Source: an uncultured delta proteobacterium (lineage in GTDB: Bacteria; Desulfobacterota; RBG-13-43-22). Taken from it: a DNA stretch of 64,000 nucleotides. A program made the translations under genes and the position numbers. This document shows positions 12,024 to 21,899 of the stretch, in pieces. Under the pieces are notes generated by a model. It was not told the DNA's origin. It made no database searches and saw only the letters and a program-made list of their open reading frames with translations. How positions within the stretch are numbered: position 1 is the stretch's first letter; every line of letters begins with the position of its first letter. The stretch covers positions 32,001 to 96,000 of the forward strand of contig CAVUPH010000033.1 of assembly GCA_963743305.1 (NCBI GenBank). Direction: 5' to 3'.

Positions 12024-13442
12024 GTGCTGATGGCCGACAGTACACGCTACCGCATTTTATTGGTCGAAGACCAACCCTTGGAGGCCGATTTTATCCGGCA
12101 AGAACTTTCGGATCAAGGCTATGCCGTCACCTGGGTGCAAGACGGCTTGGAGGCGCTCAGGGTGATTCGGGACACCATTCCGGATTTGGTTTTAATGGAC
12201 ATCCGGCTCCCGAAACTGGATGGGCTCGCCGTGGTCAAGCAAGTGAAATCCGATCCCCAGACTCAGTTCATCCCGGTAATCATGGTCACCGCTTTAACCG
12301 AATTGGAAGAGCGGGTCAGGGGCCTGGATGCGGGGGCGGATGATTATATCACCAAGCCCTTTCAATCCTTTGAACTTTTGGCCCGGATTCGGTCCACCCT
12401 GCGCATCCGTCGCATGTACGAGGACCTGGCCTCCACTCAGGATAAATTGAAAAGAACCCGGGAAGAAAACCGACAGTTGCGCCGGGAGATTCAGGGCAAA
12501 TACTCTTTTAATCAAATCTTGGGACAAAGTGCGGCCATGCGCCAGGTTTTCCATTTGATGGAGAAAGCCGTCGAAAGCCCCATTACGGTGGTCATCCTCG
12601 GGGAAACCGGTACCGGCAAAGAATTGGTCGCCCGCTCGATTCATTATAACAGCCCTCGGAAAGACCGAGCCTTTGTGGTTCAAAATTGCGGGGCCTTGCC
12701 GGAAAGCCTTTTGGAGAGCGAGTTGTTCGGCCATAAGAAAGGGGCCTTTACCGGGGCAGTGGCCGACAAAAAAGGCCTTTTTGAGATGGCCCATGGGGGT
12801 ACTATTTTTTTAGATGAAGTGGGGGATACCCCTCCGGCTTTGCAGGTGCGATTATTGCGGGTGTTGCAGGAAGGTGAAATCCGTCGCCTTGGCGAAGTAA
12901 AGCCCCTGACAGTGGATGTCCGGGTTATCGCCGCCACCCATAAAGACCTGAAAGAGGAAATTAAGGCGGGGAAGTTTCGGGAAGATCTTTTTTATAGGAT
13001 CTACGCCTTTCCCATTCCGCTTCCTCCCCTTTCCGAGCGGACCGGGGATATCCCGGTGCTGGCCGACCATTTCCTCAAGAAATACAATCAGCGTTTGGGG
13101 AAAAACTGTCGGCTCAGTTCAGACTGTTTAAATCTATTGGAAAAATATCCCTTTCCGGGAAATGTTCGGGAGTTGGAAAATGAAGTGGTGCGGGCCCTGA
13201 CCCTGGCGACCGAGGAAGAGGAACTCCGGCCCAGACACTTCTCCGATAGTATTCGGGAGACGGGTTGGGGGTACTCCCCGGTCAAGGAGGGTTCAATTCA
13301 GGATCAAACCAGCCATCTGGAGAAGGCCATGATTGAGGAAGCCTTGAAGGCCTGCCGGGGTAACCGCAGCAAGACCGCCTTGAAGCTGGGTTTGAGCCGT
13401 CGGGGATTATTGAACAAGATTAAGCGGTACGGTCTGGACTGA
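12024..13442 (+). CDS. Sigma-54-dependent response regulator (REC-AAA-Fis HTH)
   Basis: Receiver domain, GETGTGKE, ESELFGHKKGAFTGA, FPGNVRELEN, C-terminal HTH. Confidence 0.96.
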   Translation: MLMADSTRYRILLVEDQPLEADFIRQELSDQGYAVTWVQDGLEALRVIRDTIPDLVLMDIRLPKLDGLAVVKQVKSDPQTQFIPVIMVTALTELEERVRGLDAGADDYITKPFQSFELLARIRSTLRIRRMYEDLASTQDKLKRTREENRQLRREIQGKYSFNQILGQSAAMRQVFHLMEKAVESPITVVILGETGTGKELVARSIHYNSPRKDRAFVVQNCGALPESLLESELFGHKKGAFTGAVADKKGLFEMAHGGTIFLDEVGDTPPALQVRLLRVLQEGEIRRLGEVKPLTVDVRVIAATHKDLKEEIKAGKFREDLFYRIYAFPIPLPPLSERTGDIPVLADHFLKKYNQRLGKNCRLSSDCLNLLEKYPFPGNVRELENEVVRALTLATEEEELRPRHFSDSIRETGWGYSPVKEGSIQDQTSHLEKAMIEEALKACRGNRSKTALKLGLSRRGLLNKIKRYGLD

Positions 13443-13463
13443 AAAGCCGGTGACGAGAATCTC

Positions 13464-14069
13464 ATGAGTAGGAACTCCTCTTGCGCGGGGATCATCTTGG
13501 CCGGCGGTCTGAACAGCCGGATGGCCGGCCGAAACAAGGCCCGCTTGCCCATCGAGGGGCAGACCATCCTGGATCGGCTCGTGCCCCTATTCCGGGCCTT
13601 TTTCGATCCCATCCTGATCGTTACCAACCAGCCCCGGGACTATCTGGATGAAGGAGTAATCCTGGTCACCGACTTGGTCGAAATCCGGAGTTCGTTGACC
13701 GGTATCTACAGCGGCCTGTTTTACTCCCCCCGACCCCATGCCTTCATCGCCGGCTGTGATATGCCTTTTTTGAAACAGGAGCTTCTGGAATTAATTTTGA
13801 AAAATTTAGAGGCCCGATGGGATGTGGTCGTTCCGGTCACTGAGGAGGGGTATCAGCCCCTAGCGGCGATTTATTCCCGACGGTGCTTGGAACCCATTGC
13901 CAGCCAGTTGGCCGAGGGGAAGTTAAAAGTTTCCCATTTTTATTCCCAGGTGAGGATCAAGGAAGTACCCGAATCGAGTTTAAGACAGGTGGATCCGGAA
14001 TTGAAGTCTTTTTTTAACATCAATACCCCGGAAGATATGGATGGTCTGGAACCGTCATTGCAGAAATAA
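13464..14069 (+). CDS. mobA: Molybdenum/tungsten cofactor guanylyltransferase
   Basis: ILAGGLNSRM..NKA, CDMPF, FFNINTPED. Confidence 0.92.
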   Translation: MSRNSSCAGIILAGGLNSRMAGRNKARLPIEGQTILDRLVPLFRAFFDPILIVTNQPRDYLDEGVILVTDLVEIRSSLTGIYSGLFYSPRPHAFIAGCDMPFLKQELLELILKNLEARWDVVVPVTEEGYQPLAAIYSRRCLEPIASQLAEGKLKVSHFYSQVRIKEVPESSLRQVDPELKSFFNINTPEDMDGLEPSLQK

Positions 14070-14075
14070 AGGTTG

Positions 14076-14390
14076 TTCGCTCTTTGGGGCGGGTGGCCAC
14101 AACCGAGGGAAGATTATCCTGGAATTGGGCCTCCATGGCCGTCGGGTCTCGGCGAAAGGGTTTTCCAAAGGTCCTCCGGACTTCGAATCCGGGCCGAACT
14201 TACTAATTTTATTTAAAGCAGGCCCAAACTCAGAGACTTTTGGTGCCTCCAAGGCTGGCCCTGCCTCCGGGAAGAATTAATAACACGGGGGCCGGGTTAG
14301 AACCTAAAAAGCAATATGGAAAACCCTTTCGCCAAGACCCGACGGCCATACCAGATAGGCGGGGGTACCAACCCCAAAGGGCGAAGCGTC
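14076..14390. repeat. Nested palindromic repeat family A, copy with core in + orientation
   Basis: Inner 33-bp IR at 14135-14167 / 14317-14349 (32/33 match) around a 149-bp core; outer imperfect IR at 14076-14094 / 14367-14385. Confidence 0.92.
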
Positions 14391-14428
14391 AAAATAAAAT
14401 CGACCACCGTTTTTAGTAGGAGTATCGT

Positions 14429-15871
14429 ATGCCTGAATGGGAAGCCGTTATCGGTCTGGAAGTACACGCCCAACTATTGACCGACAGCAAAATATTTTGT
14501 GGCTGCTCCACTCGTTTTGGGGCCGAACCCAACTCCCATACCTGCCCGGTTTGCCTGGGACTGCCCGGTTCGCTGCCGGTTCTGAACAAAAAGGTGGTGG
14601 AGTATACCTTGCGCATGGCCCTGGCCACACAATGCACTATCACCCCGTACAGCCTCTTCGCCCGTAAGAATTATTTTTATCCGGATTTGCCTAAGGGATA
14701 TCAGATTTCCCAGTTTGAAGAGCCGATCGCCTTGGGGGGGAATCTGGAGATAACGGTTCAGGGAATTCCGAAGCGGGTAGGGATCACCCGCATCCATATG
14801 GAAGAGGACGCCGGCAAGTTAATCCATGATGAAAGCCAACCGGTAAGTTACGTGGACTTTAACCGCACCGGGGTGCCGTTGATGGAGATTGTCAGCGAAC
14901 CGGACATGAGGACCCCGGAAGAGGCCGGCGAGTACCTCCGGCGGCTCAGGGAGATCCTCCGATACCTGGGGATTTGCGACGGGAATATGGAAGAAGGCAG
15001 TTTCCGCTGCGATGCCAACAGTTCCCTGCGTCTCAAGGGAGAAACCACCTTGGGAACGAAGGTGGAATTGAAAAACATGAATTCCTTTAAACACGTGGAA
15101 AAGGCCTTGGAATTTGAACTTCGCCGGCAGCGGGCGGTATTGGAAGACGGGGACCTGGTGCTCCAGGAGACTCGACTCTGGGATGCCGCCCGGGGAGTCA
15201 CGCTCCCTATGCGCGGCAAAGAAGAGGCCCATGACTACCGTTATTTTCCGGATCCGGATCTGGTCCCGGTGGAAATCAGCCCGGAATGGATTGATACCGT
15301 CAGGAATAGTCTTCCGGAACTCCCCGGGGCCAAACGCCGTCGTTTTGTCGACGAGTACGGGTTGCCGGAATACGACAGTGAAATTTTGACTTCTTCCAGG
15401 GCCTTGGCCGAATTTTTTGAACAGTGTGTCCGGCTCCACCCCCAGCCCAAGAGCGTCAGCAACTGGATCATGGTAGATTTAATGCGAGAACTCAAGCGAG
15501 AGGAAAAGGAAATCGAATTTTGTCCGATCACCCCCTCTCAATTGGCGACTTTGCTGGACCTGATTCAAGAGGGGCAGATCTCAGGAAAGCAGGCTAAGAC
15601 GGTTTTTGAGGAGATGTTTCAGAACGGCCGGGATCCTCGGGCCATCGTGGAAGGACAGGGAATGGTCCAGATGACCGATCCCGAACAGATCCTTCCGGTC
15701 ATAGAGGAGGTCCTGGAGGTCAGTCCCGGCCAAGTGTCCGAATATCGGGCGGGGAAAAACAAGGTGTTCGGGTACTTCGTGGGCGAGGTCATGAAGCGGA
15801 CCAGGGGGAAGGCCAATCCGAAACTGGTTAACGAACTGCTGAAGAAAAAGCTGGAGGCGGATTATGATTAA
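14429..15871 (+). CDS. gatB: Asp/Glu-tRNA amidotransferase subunit B
   Basis: [37 protein letters not shown]. Confidence 0.99.
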   Translation: MPEWEAVIGLEVHAQLLTDSKIFCGCSTRFGAEPNSHTCPVCLGLPGSLPVLNKKVVEYTLRMALATQCTITPYSLFARKNYFYPDLPKGYQISQFEEPIALGGNLEITVQGIPKRVGITRIHMEEDAGKLIHDESQPVSYVDFNRTGVPLMEIVSEPDMRTPEEAGEYLRRLREILRYLGICDGNMEEGSFRCDANSSLRLKGETTLGTKVELKNMNSFKHVEKALEFELRRQRAVLEDGDLVLQETRLWDAARGVTLPMRGKEEAHDYRYFPDPDLVPVEISPEWIDTVRNSLPELPGAKRRRFVDEYGLPEYDSEILTSSRALAEFFEQCVRLHPQPKSVSNWIMVDLMRELKREEKEIEFCPITPSQLATLLDLIQEGQISGKQAKTVFEEMFQNGRDPRAIVEGQGMVQMTDPEQILPVIEEVLEVSPGQVSEYRAGKNKVFGYFVGEVMKRTRGKANPKLVNELLKKKLEADYD

Positions 15872-16961
15872 AACCATTGACTGGAAAGAAAACCGGGTGG
15901 TCATGATTGATCAGCGCAAGTTGCCCTGGGAAGAAATCTATGTGGTTTGTTCCGAATATCCCCAGGTCATCGAGGCGATTCGGACTATGGTCATCCGGGG
16001 GGCCCCGGCCATAGGGATTGCGGCGGCCATGGGCGCGGCCCTGGGGGCCCAAACCCTAAGCGCGGAAAATCCGGAGCAGTTCAGGAAAGGGTTTCAGAGC
16101 ATTTGCCGCGAAATCGGTGCGGCCCGGCCCACGGCAGTCAATCTGACCTGGGCCTTGGAGCGGATGGCGGCCACGATGGAAGACCGGTTGTCCGGGCGAG
16201 GGATGGCGGTTAAAAACGCGTTGATTCGGGAAGCCCGTCGGATGCTGGCCGAGGACGTGGCCATCAACAAAAAAATGGGACTGATCGGGCAGGAAATGAT
16301 CCGGGACGGAGATACTATTTTGACCCACTGCAATGCCGGGGCACTGGCCACCGGCGGCTACGGTACGGCCTTGGGCGTGATCCGGGCTGCTAAGGCGGCC
16401 GGGAAAAAGGTCCGGGTTTTCGCGGATGAGACCCGTCCCTTTCTCCAGGGGACCCGTCTGACCGCCTGGGAACTGGCCCGAGACCGCATTCCCGTTACCC
16501 TGATCACCGACAATATGGCCGGCTATTTTATGAAGAAAGGGCTGATCGATCGCGTCATTGTGGGGGCGGACCGCATTGCCGCCAACGGAGACGCGGCCAA
16601 TAAGATCGGCACCTATTCGGTGGCGGTCCTGGCCAAGGCCCACCGGATTCCCTTCTACGTGGCCGCCCCTTGTTCCACCATCGATGCCCGGATAAAAACC
16701 GGTGAGGCGATTCCCATTGAAGAACGGGATCCGCGGGAGGTCACCCACTGGCGGGAGCTACGGATTGCCCCGGAAGGCATCAGCGTCCTGAACCCGGCGT
16801 TTGACGTCACCCCGCATTCGTATATTGCCGGGATTATTACCGAGCAAGGCCTCTTAAAGCCGCCCTTCACCCAAAGTATTCGGAAAGCCCTGCGAGGGGA
16901 GGGGAGGCGGGAGATGGAAGATGGAAGAAAGAAGAGGGAAGCAAAAAACGACGCCAGATAA
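15864..16961 (+). CDS. mtnA: Methylthioribose-1-phosphate isomerase
   Basis: [40 protein letters not shown]. Confidence 0.97.
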   Translation: MIKTIDWKENRVVMIDQRKLPWEEIYVVCSEYPQVIEAIRTMVIRGAPAIGIAAAMGAALGAQTLSAENPEQFRKGFQSICREIGAARPTAVNLTWALERMAATMEDRLSGRGMAVKNALIREARRMLAEDVAINKKMGLIGQEMIRDGDTILTHCNAGALATGGYGTALGVIRAAKAAGKKVRVFADETRPFLQGTRLTAWELARDRIPVTLITDNMAGYFMKKGLIDRVIVGADRIAANGDAANKIGTYSVAVLAKAHRIPFYVAAPCSTIDARIKTGEAIPIEERDPREVTHWRELRIAPEGISVLNPAFDVTPHSYIAGIITEQGLLKPPFTQSIRKALRGEGRREMEDGRKKREAKNDAR

Positions 16962-17031
16962 AGGAATGGCTGTACTATTCTTTCAAGTTCAAGATGAAGC
17001 CGGCGATTGGCAACCGGGAATCAGATGAACA

Positions 17032-17829
17032 TCACTTTTTTGCCGGTACGATTCTAACCTCCATCATCTTCTCCTCTTTGTACCTCACCAACTCGGCGGC
17101 GCTGCCCAGGTTGCAGGCTATCTCGAGGTACCCGCTGCTGCCGAAAAGGGCCAGAAGGCGGCCCGGTTTTTCCTGGGTGTAGTTTTCCCTGATTCCCCGG
17201 ACGATCCGGCGGCCGATCCGAACGGTCAAATCTCTTTGATCGGAATAACGATTTGTTGCCTCCCGGCTCAGGTTGGTGATGAGGTTGCCGAAGCCGTCGG
17301 CATAGAGTACCTGGCCGATGAGCAAGTTGCTTTTGAACACCGGTTCGGGCAGGTCCAGGAGGACAGGATCGGAAATCGGCTTTCCAAAAGCAGTTATCGG
17401 AAGGCCCCGGCTCAGGTGGGCGGCGGCCGGGGCGAAGATATCCCGCCCGTGAAAAGTTTGGGAAACCGGAGTTAGAAAGTATCTTGGAGTGGTCAGGTGA
17501 AAGATACAAAAATCCGGGAAGGCCCGCAGAATTTGAGTGAATAGGCCGTTGTCGGGGCCGATCCAGTAGTGGTCTCTGGTTTTGACCGCGATCGGCCGGC
17601 GGGCGCCACCCACGCCGGGGTCGACTACGGCCAAGTGAATGGTTCCTTTGGGGAAGTAGCCGGCGATGGCCGCCAGCTTGAAAGCCGCTTCCGGGAGCCG
17701 GTGGTGTGAAAGCCCGTGGGTGATATCCACCAGCGTGGCCGAGGGGTTGATTCCCAGAATAACACCCTTCATGATCCCCACATAGGGGTCGTCCCAGCCG
17801 AAGTCTGTGCTAATGGTGATTATCGGCAT
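17032..17829 (-). CDS. SAM hydroxide adenosyltransferase / chlorinase-fluorinase (DUF62) family protein
   Basis: TDFG..DPYVG.MKGVI, VVDPGVG, GPDNG, TFHGRDIFAPAAA, DGFGNLITN. Confidence 0.95.
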   Translation of the reverse strand: MPIITISTDFGWDDPYVGIMKGVILGINPSATLVDITHGLSHHRLPEAAFKLAAIAGYFPKGTIHLAVVDPGVGGARRPIAVKTRDHYWIGPDNGLFTQILRAFPDFCIFHLTTPRYFLTPVSQTFHGRDIFAPAAAHLSRGLPITAFGKPISDPVLLDLPEPVFKSNLLIGQVLYADGFGNLITNLSREATNRYSDQRDLTVRIGRRIVRGIRENYTQEKPGRLLALFGSSGYLEIACNLGSAAELVRYKEEKMMEVRIVPAKK

Positions 17830-17904
17830 TTTTTGACCTTTCGAGAGTCGATTTCTTCCTTATGGTTTCGGGCGCGGCCTGAAACCGTCTTTCGCGGTTT
17901 TAAA

Positions 17905-17933
17905 TTGACAAATTATCCATAATGGAGTATAAA
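17905..17933 (+). promoter_or_regulatory. Sigma70-type promoter of the TA operon with a palindromic operator
   Basis: TTGACA-17 bp-TATAAA; spacer contains the palindrome TCCAT-A-ATGGA; ATG follows 6 nt after the -10 box, so the mRNA is probably leaderless. Confidence 0.75.
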
Positions 17934-17939
17934 GGTAGT

Positions 17940-18173
17940 ATGAAAGTCAAGACTTCTGTCACCCTTTCCAGGGAGCTTCTGGAGATCATCGATGCCCGGG
18001 CCAGGCAATCCAAAAAGAACCGGTCTGATTTTGTTGAAACCGCGGTTCGGCTGTTTATCCGGCAATTGGTGCGGGAAGAGCAGAACGCCAGAGACCTGGA
18101 GATTATAAACCGCCGCGCTGATCATCTCAATCGGGAGGCGGCCGACATTCTGACCTACCAGACCCCGCTATGA
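17940..18173 (+). CDS. Ribbon-helix-helix antitoxin
   Basis: [16 protein letters not shown]....NRSDFVE RHH pattern; ATGA overlap with the toxin gene. Confidence 0.85.
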   Translation: MKVKTSVTLSRELLEIIDARARQSKKNRSDFVETAVRLFIRQLVREEQNARDLEIINRRADHLNREAADILTYQTPL

Positions 18174-18496
18174 AGCGGGGCGAATTGTACCGGGTGGCCA
18201 ATCCCACAGCCAAGGACCCAAAGAAATTCCGGGTCTTTGTAGTGGTCAGTCGCCAGGTGTTGATCGACTCCCGGTTTTCAACAGTCATTTGCGCACCGAT
18301 CTATACGGCCTACGACGGCCTGGCCAGTCAGGTCCCCGTGGGACCGGAAGAGGGCCTCAAGCACGAAAGCAGCATCCACTGTGACGAACTGGTTAGCCTC
18401 TTCAAGTCGGTTTTAACCAATTTTATCGGGACGTTGGCCACGGGCCAAATGGAACAACTGGACCGGGCCCTGCGGATCGCCATGGATCTTCCCTGA
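18170..18496 (+). CDS. PemK/MazF family toxin
   Basis: MKRGELYRV...RVFVVVSR...VICAPI...[13 protein letters not shown]. Confidence 0.9.
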   Translation: MKRGELYRVANPTAKDPKKFRVFVVVSRQVLIDSRFSTVICAPIYTAYDGLASQVPVGPEEGLKHESSIHCDELVSLFKSVLTNFIGTLATGQMEQLDRALRIAMDLP

Positions 18497-18559
18497 TTTC
18501 CATTTTGAACCGATCAGGTCGGCGTGATGGTGTCTCCTCAGGTTTCGCTCTTCCGGGCC

Positions 18560-19063
18560 GCATTCGATAAAGCCTGATTCCCACCGGTTTTCTGATTATC
18601 GTCATCGAAGGATTGAATTGTAGCCGGTTTTATGAGCCTCTCCCGGGATGACCGGACCGCCGCGGCGGTGCTGCCGGCCCTGATCGGGCTGCTGCCCATG
18701 CCCGGGGGGGCACTGTTTTCCGTCCCCATGGTGGAAACGGCCTTGTGCCGCAACCCGATGACCGGGGAACAGCGGACAGCGGTCAACTGCTGGTTCCGGC
18801 ACATCTGGGAATACTGGTGGCCCCTCTACCCGGCGGTGGCCCTGCTGCGGGTGGAACCCTGGCTGTTTATGGCCTTCTTGGCCCCCATGACCGTTGTCAC
18901 GGTCCTGGCCGGCGTACTGTTTATATTGAAACCCCTGGGGTCCGGGACCGTTCGCCAGCAGGCGAGATTTTCCTGGACGGGGCTGAAAGGATTTTTATGG
19001 GAGATTATGCCGATCCTGATCGTGGTCCTGGTCTTTGATCATCCCCCTCGTCGATTTTTTTGA
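18560..19063 (+). pseudogene. DUF401 family membrane protein fragment
   Basis: LPALIGLLPMPGGALFS.PMV and WFRHIWEYWWPLYP motifs, but both ends are missing or frameshifted; only about 143 aa remain in frame. Confidence 0.7.
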
Positions 19064-19154
19064 TCCATCTCTTCGGCGACTTATGGTCACCGGAAATCGT
19101 TGGTCGACTGGCCAACCATCTGGGGGATGGCTACAATATGTGGTAGCTTAGGCT

Positions 19155-19435
19155 GAATTCGGGCCTCCGTGGCCGCCGGGTCTCGGCGAAAGGGTTTTCC
19201 ACCTTGCTTTTTAGGTTCTAACCCGGCCCCTAGGTTTTCAAATCTTCCAGGAGGCAGGGCCGGCCTGGGTGGCGCCAAGAAACCCGGGGTTCGGGCCTGC
19301 TTTAAATAAAATTAAACACTTAGGCCAGGATTCGAAGTCCGGAGTACCTTTGGAACCTTTGGCAAGGCCTTTCGCCGAGACCCGGCGGCCATACCAGATC
19401 TGGGGGGTACCCAACCAAAAGGGCGAAGCGTCAAA
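19155..19435. repeat. Nested palindromic repeat family A, copy with inverted core
   Basis: Flanks in the same orientation as the 14.1 kb copy; IR at 19169-19201 / 19360-19392; core is the reverse complement of 14168-14316. Confidence 0.92.
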
Positions 19436-19803
19436 TAAATTGCCGCCTACCGAGAGTTTAGACGGTTCCCGATTGGCGTTCGATTAATTGACCAGCGGGA
19501 AATCGGGGTCGGATCCCAATTCCCCAGGCAATTACCTCAGAATAAGCGGCAGGACTCACTGTGCCCAGAGCGTTGCCAATAGCATCAAGCGCATAGAATT
19601 TTTGACCATCAAAAGCCAGCCCGCCTTCAAAGGGCAGGTATCCCTGATTGGGGGGGTCCTTCAACAATTTCCGTTTGAAATTTTCTCAAAAGGGCGATCC
19701 GTCAAAAACAAGACTTCAGGAAGCTATACGTACTAAAATCTGAATTTCTTATTGAAGTTAATAGGTTACATGTTTCCTAAAATCTCATAGTTTGGTTCTT
19801 TCG

Positions 19804-20697
19804 TCAAGCATTATTTGGGTGGCCAGCCGTTTGTTGCCTAATCACCTCCATGGCTTTGAAGTAGTCTCTCTGAACCTTAAGGTTTGAAATCCGGCAGTAC
19901 CGTTGTGTGGTTTTCACATGGCTATGACCCAGGAGATCTTGAATGGTGGAAAGATCGGCATCGGCATTGAGCAGTTGGGTGGCCATGGTATGGCGAAGAT
20001 GATGACAGGACACCTTGAGCTTGGCTTGGCGAGCATAAGTTTCCATGCGCCGCTGAATGCCGCGGATGGAGATGGGCTGCCCCTGACAAGGTTTCTTTTC
20101 CGCCAGAAAGATCTTTCTGGCCTTGGATGGCGGCCTCACCGTCAGATAGGCGGCCAGGGCCTGAAGGGCATCATGGCTCATATAGACGACCCGATCTTTT
20201 CCACCCTTACCGTCTTCCACCAGGATAGTCCTGCGTTTGACGTCTATGACCCCGATCGTTAGCTGGGCGACTTCTTCCACCCGTAGCCCGCAACGGAGCA
20301 TGAGCATGAACATGGCCCGGTCACGGACGCCCTTGATGGCCTTAAAAAAGGTCTCCACCTGATCATCTCTCAGGTGTCGGGGAAGGGGCTGGGACATCTT
20401 CTGGAGATGAGTCTTCTTGATGGGGTTGGTGATAATCACCCCTTCCTCATCCCGCAGGTAATGGTAGAACTGGCGAATACCGTTCAAGTGGCAGTTGACC
20501 GTCTTGGGCGCCAGCCTCTTCCTCATGAGATGCTCGATGTAGCGCGACACGGTTACGTGGGTTACGGCCTCCACCGGCACATCCAGCCAGATGATAAAGT
20601 GTTTAATGAGGTTCAGATAGTTCTTCACGGCATGGGGCGAACAGTTCCGCCGCTTTAAAAATCTCTGCCAGTTCAGGATCGCATCGGTCATCGCCAT
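19804..20697 (-). CDS. Tyrosine recombinase/integrase (XerC/D-like), downstream gene of the pair
   Basis: GLRVEEV, GKGGKDRVV, HHLRHT, LGHSH.KTTQRY; full R-K-H-R-H-Y catalytic set. Confidence 0.96.
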   Translation of the reverse strand: MAMTDAILNWQRFLKRRNCSPHAVKNYLNLIKHFIIWLDVPVEAVTHVTVSRYIEHLMRKRLAPKTVNCHLNGIRQFYHYLRDEEGVIITNPIKKTHLQKMSQPLPRHLRDDQVETFFKAIKGVRDRAMFMLMLRCGLRVEEVAQLTIGVIDVKRRTILVEDGKGGKDRVVYMSHDALQALAAYLTVRPPSKARKIFLAEKKPCQGQPISIRGIQRRMETYARQAKLKVSCHHLRHTMATQLLNADADLSTIQDLLGHSHVKTTQRYCRISNLKVQRDYFKAMEVIRQQTAGHPNNA

Positions 20698-21742
20698 TAC
20701 TGTCCCTCCTCTCTATTTTCGACATGGCTCTAAAATACTCAGCCTCCCGGGTCTTATCAGTCAGCCGGGCATACCGCCGGGTCTCCTCAATGCTCCGGTG
20801 CCCCAACAAAACCTGGAGACACTCCAGACGCATGCCGGCGTTGAGAAACTCCGTAGCAAAGGTGTGGCGAAGGGTATGCAGGGAATATCCCTTGTCGGCC
20901 AATCCCGCCTTCACCAGATAGCGCATAAAAATGGTCCGGGCGGTGCTGTAGGACATGGTCTCTGTCCGGGTATAGATCAGGTACTCCTCACTGGGATTCC
21001 TCTTCTTCAACCACCCCCGCAGAGCCAGGACCGCATCGTCGCTGAGATAGACCACCCTCCCCAGGCGGTTCTTCTCCCCTTCGTAAATCTCTATCCTCCG
21101 CTCCTTGAGATGGACGTCGGCCATCTTGGTATTAAGCAGTTCACCGATCCGCAGGCCCGTCCTCAACAAGACCAGGACCATGGCCCGGTCACGAATATCT
21201 TCAATGACCGAAAGCAGCTTCTGGAGATCGTCAGGATCCATGGCCCGCGGCAGCCGCTCCGGTAACTGCAACCGTATCCTCCTGCTGAATAGTTCCGCGG
21301 AAACCATCCCTTCTTCTAACAGGTAACGGAGAAAGGCTTGCACACTCACCAGCCTGGTCCTGATCGTTGTAATCTTAATCCCCCGGTCCTGCTCCTGCTC
21401 AATGAACGCCTCCACATCCCTTCGGGTAATGGCTTCAAGGGATGCTTTGCCGCTCTCTCGTATCAGGCCAAGAAAAAGAATGATCGCCCCAAAACGACTG
21501 TACAAGGTCCTCGGTCTGCGGTTGCCATGAGTCAGGTGACGAAGATAGGCTTCCACCTGATCCTTCCCCGGAAGGTCCATCCGGACCAGCCGTTTTAAAA
21601 TCTGGCCAAGCGCTTCTAAACAGTCTTTAGAATTTATTTTAAATCGTAATCGCGTTTGATAATAATGGGGAGCGTTACCGGCGGGAATCTTAAAATCAGA
21701 AGATTTACTCGTCTGCTGTAGATCACTATGTCCGTTCATCAT
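20603..21742 (-). CDS. Tyrosine recombinase/integrase (XerC/D-like), upstream gene of the pair
   Basis: GLRIGEL, EKNRLGRVV, HTLRHT, LGHRSIEETRRY; AAGGAG RBS; 3' end overlaps the partner gene by 95 bp. Confidence 0.96.
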   Translation of the reverse strand: MMNGHSDLQQTSKSSDFKIPAGNAPHYYQTRLRFKINSKDCLEALGQILKRLVRMDLPGKDQVEAYLRHLTHGNRRPRTLYSRFGAIILFLGLIRESGKASLEAITRRDVEAFIEQEQDRGIKITTIRTRLVSVQAFLRYLLEEGMVSAELFSRRIRLQLPERLPRAMDPDDLQKLLSVIEDIRDRAMVLVLLRTGLRIGELLNTKMADVHLKERRIEIYEGEKNRLGRVVYLSDDAVLALRGWLKKRNPSEEYLIYTRTETMSYSTARTIFMRYLVKAGLADKGYSLHTLRHTFATEFLNAGMRLECLQVLLGHRSIEETRRYARLTDKTREAEYFRAMSKIERRDSNGDDRCDPELAEIFKAAELFAPCREELSEPH

Positions 21743-21899
21743 CTCTGTCTCCTTTTCTTAAATCAATAAGAAAATCAGACAGATGATGACTAATAAACTC
21801 TTATCTGTCAAACATCAGCTTGGTACGTATAGCAGGAAGCAGTCTTTTCCGAAAGAACAAATCTCCTTCCCTTCTAGCGCGTATAGATAGGAATAACAG

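Larger units (their letters stand above)
19724..21832 (-). mobile_element. 2.1-kb two-tyrosine-recombinase element with terminal inverted repeats and a flanking direct repeat
   Basis: Ends CTATACGTACTAA / TTGGTACGTATAG (12/13 inverted match); CAGGAAGC repeated at 19717-19724 and 21833-21840; subterminal IR TCTGAWTTTCTTATTGA. Confidence 0.88.

Noticed and set aside
14055-19487. Two similar short ORFs (14055-14252 minus, 19269-19487 plus) sharing FGPALNKI...DSKSG.PLE...PFAETRRP
   Set aside because: The similarity comes from the family A DNA repeat. Differences are largely non-synonymous and there is no RBS, so this is not a protein family.
19804-21742. Calling the recombinase pair chromosomal xerC/xerD, an integron integrase or a RIT element
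   Set aside because: The genes overlap and are bounded by element-like ends. There is no third recombinase, and no attC array or integron-specific insertion was seen.
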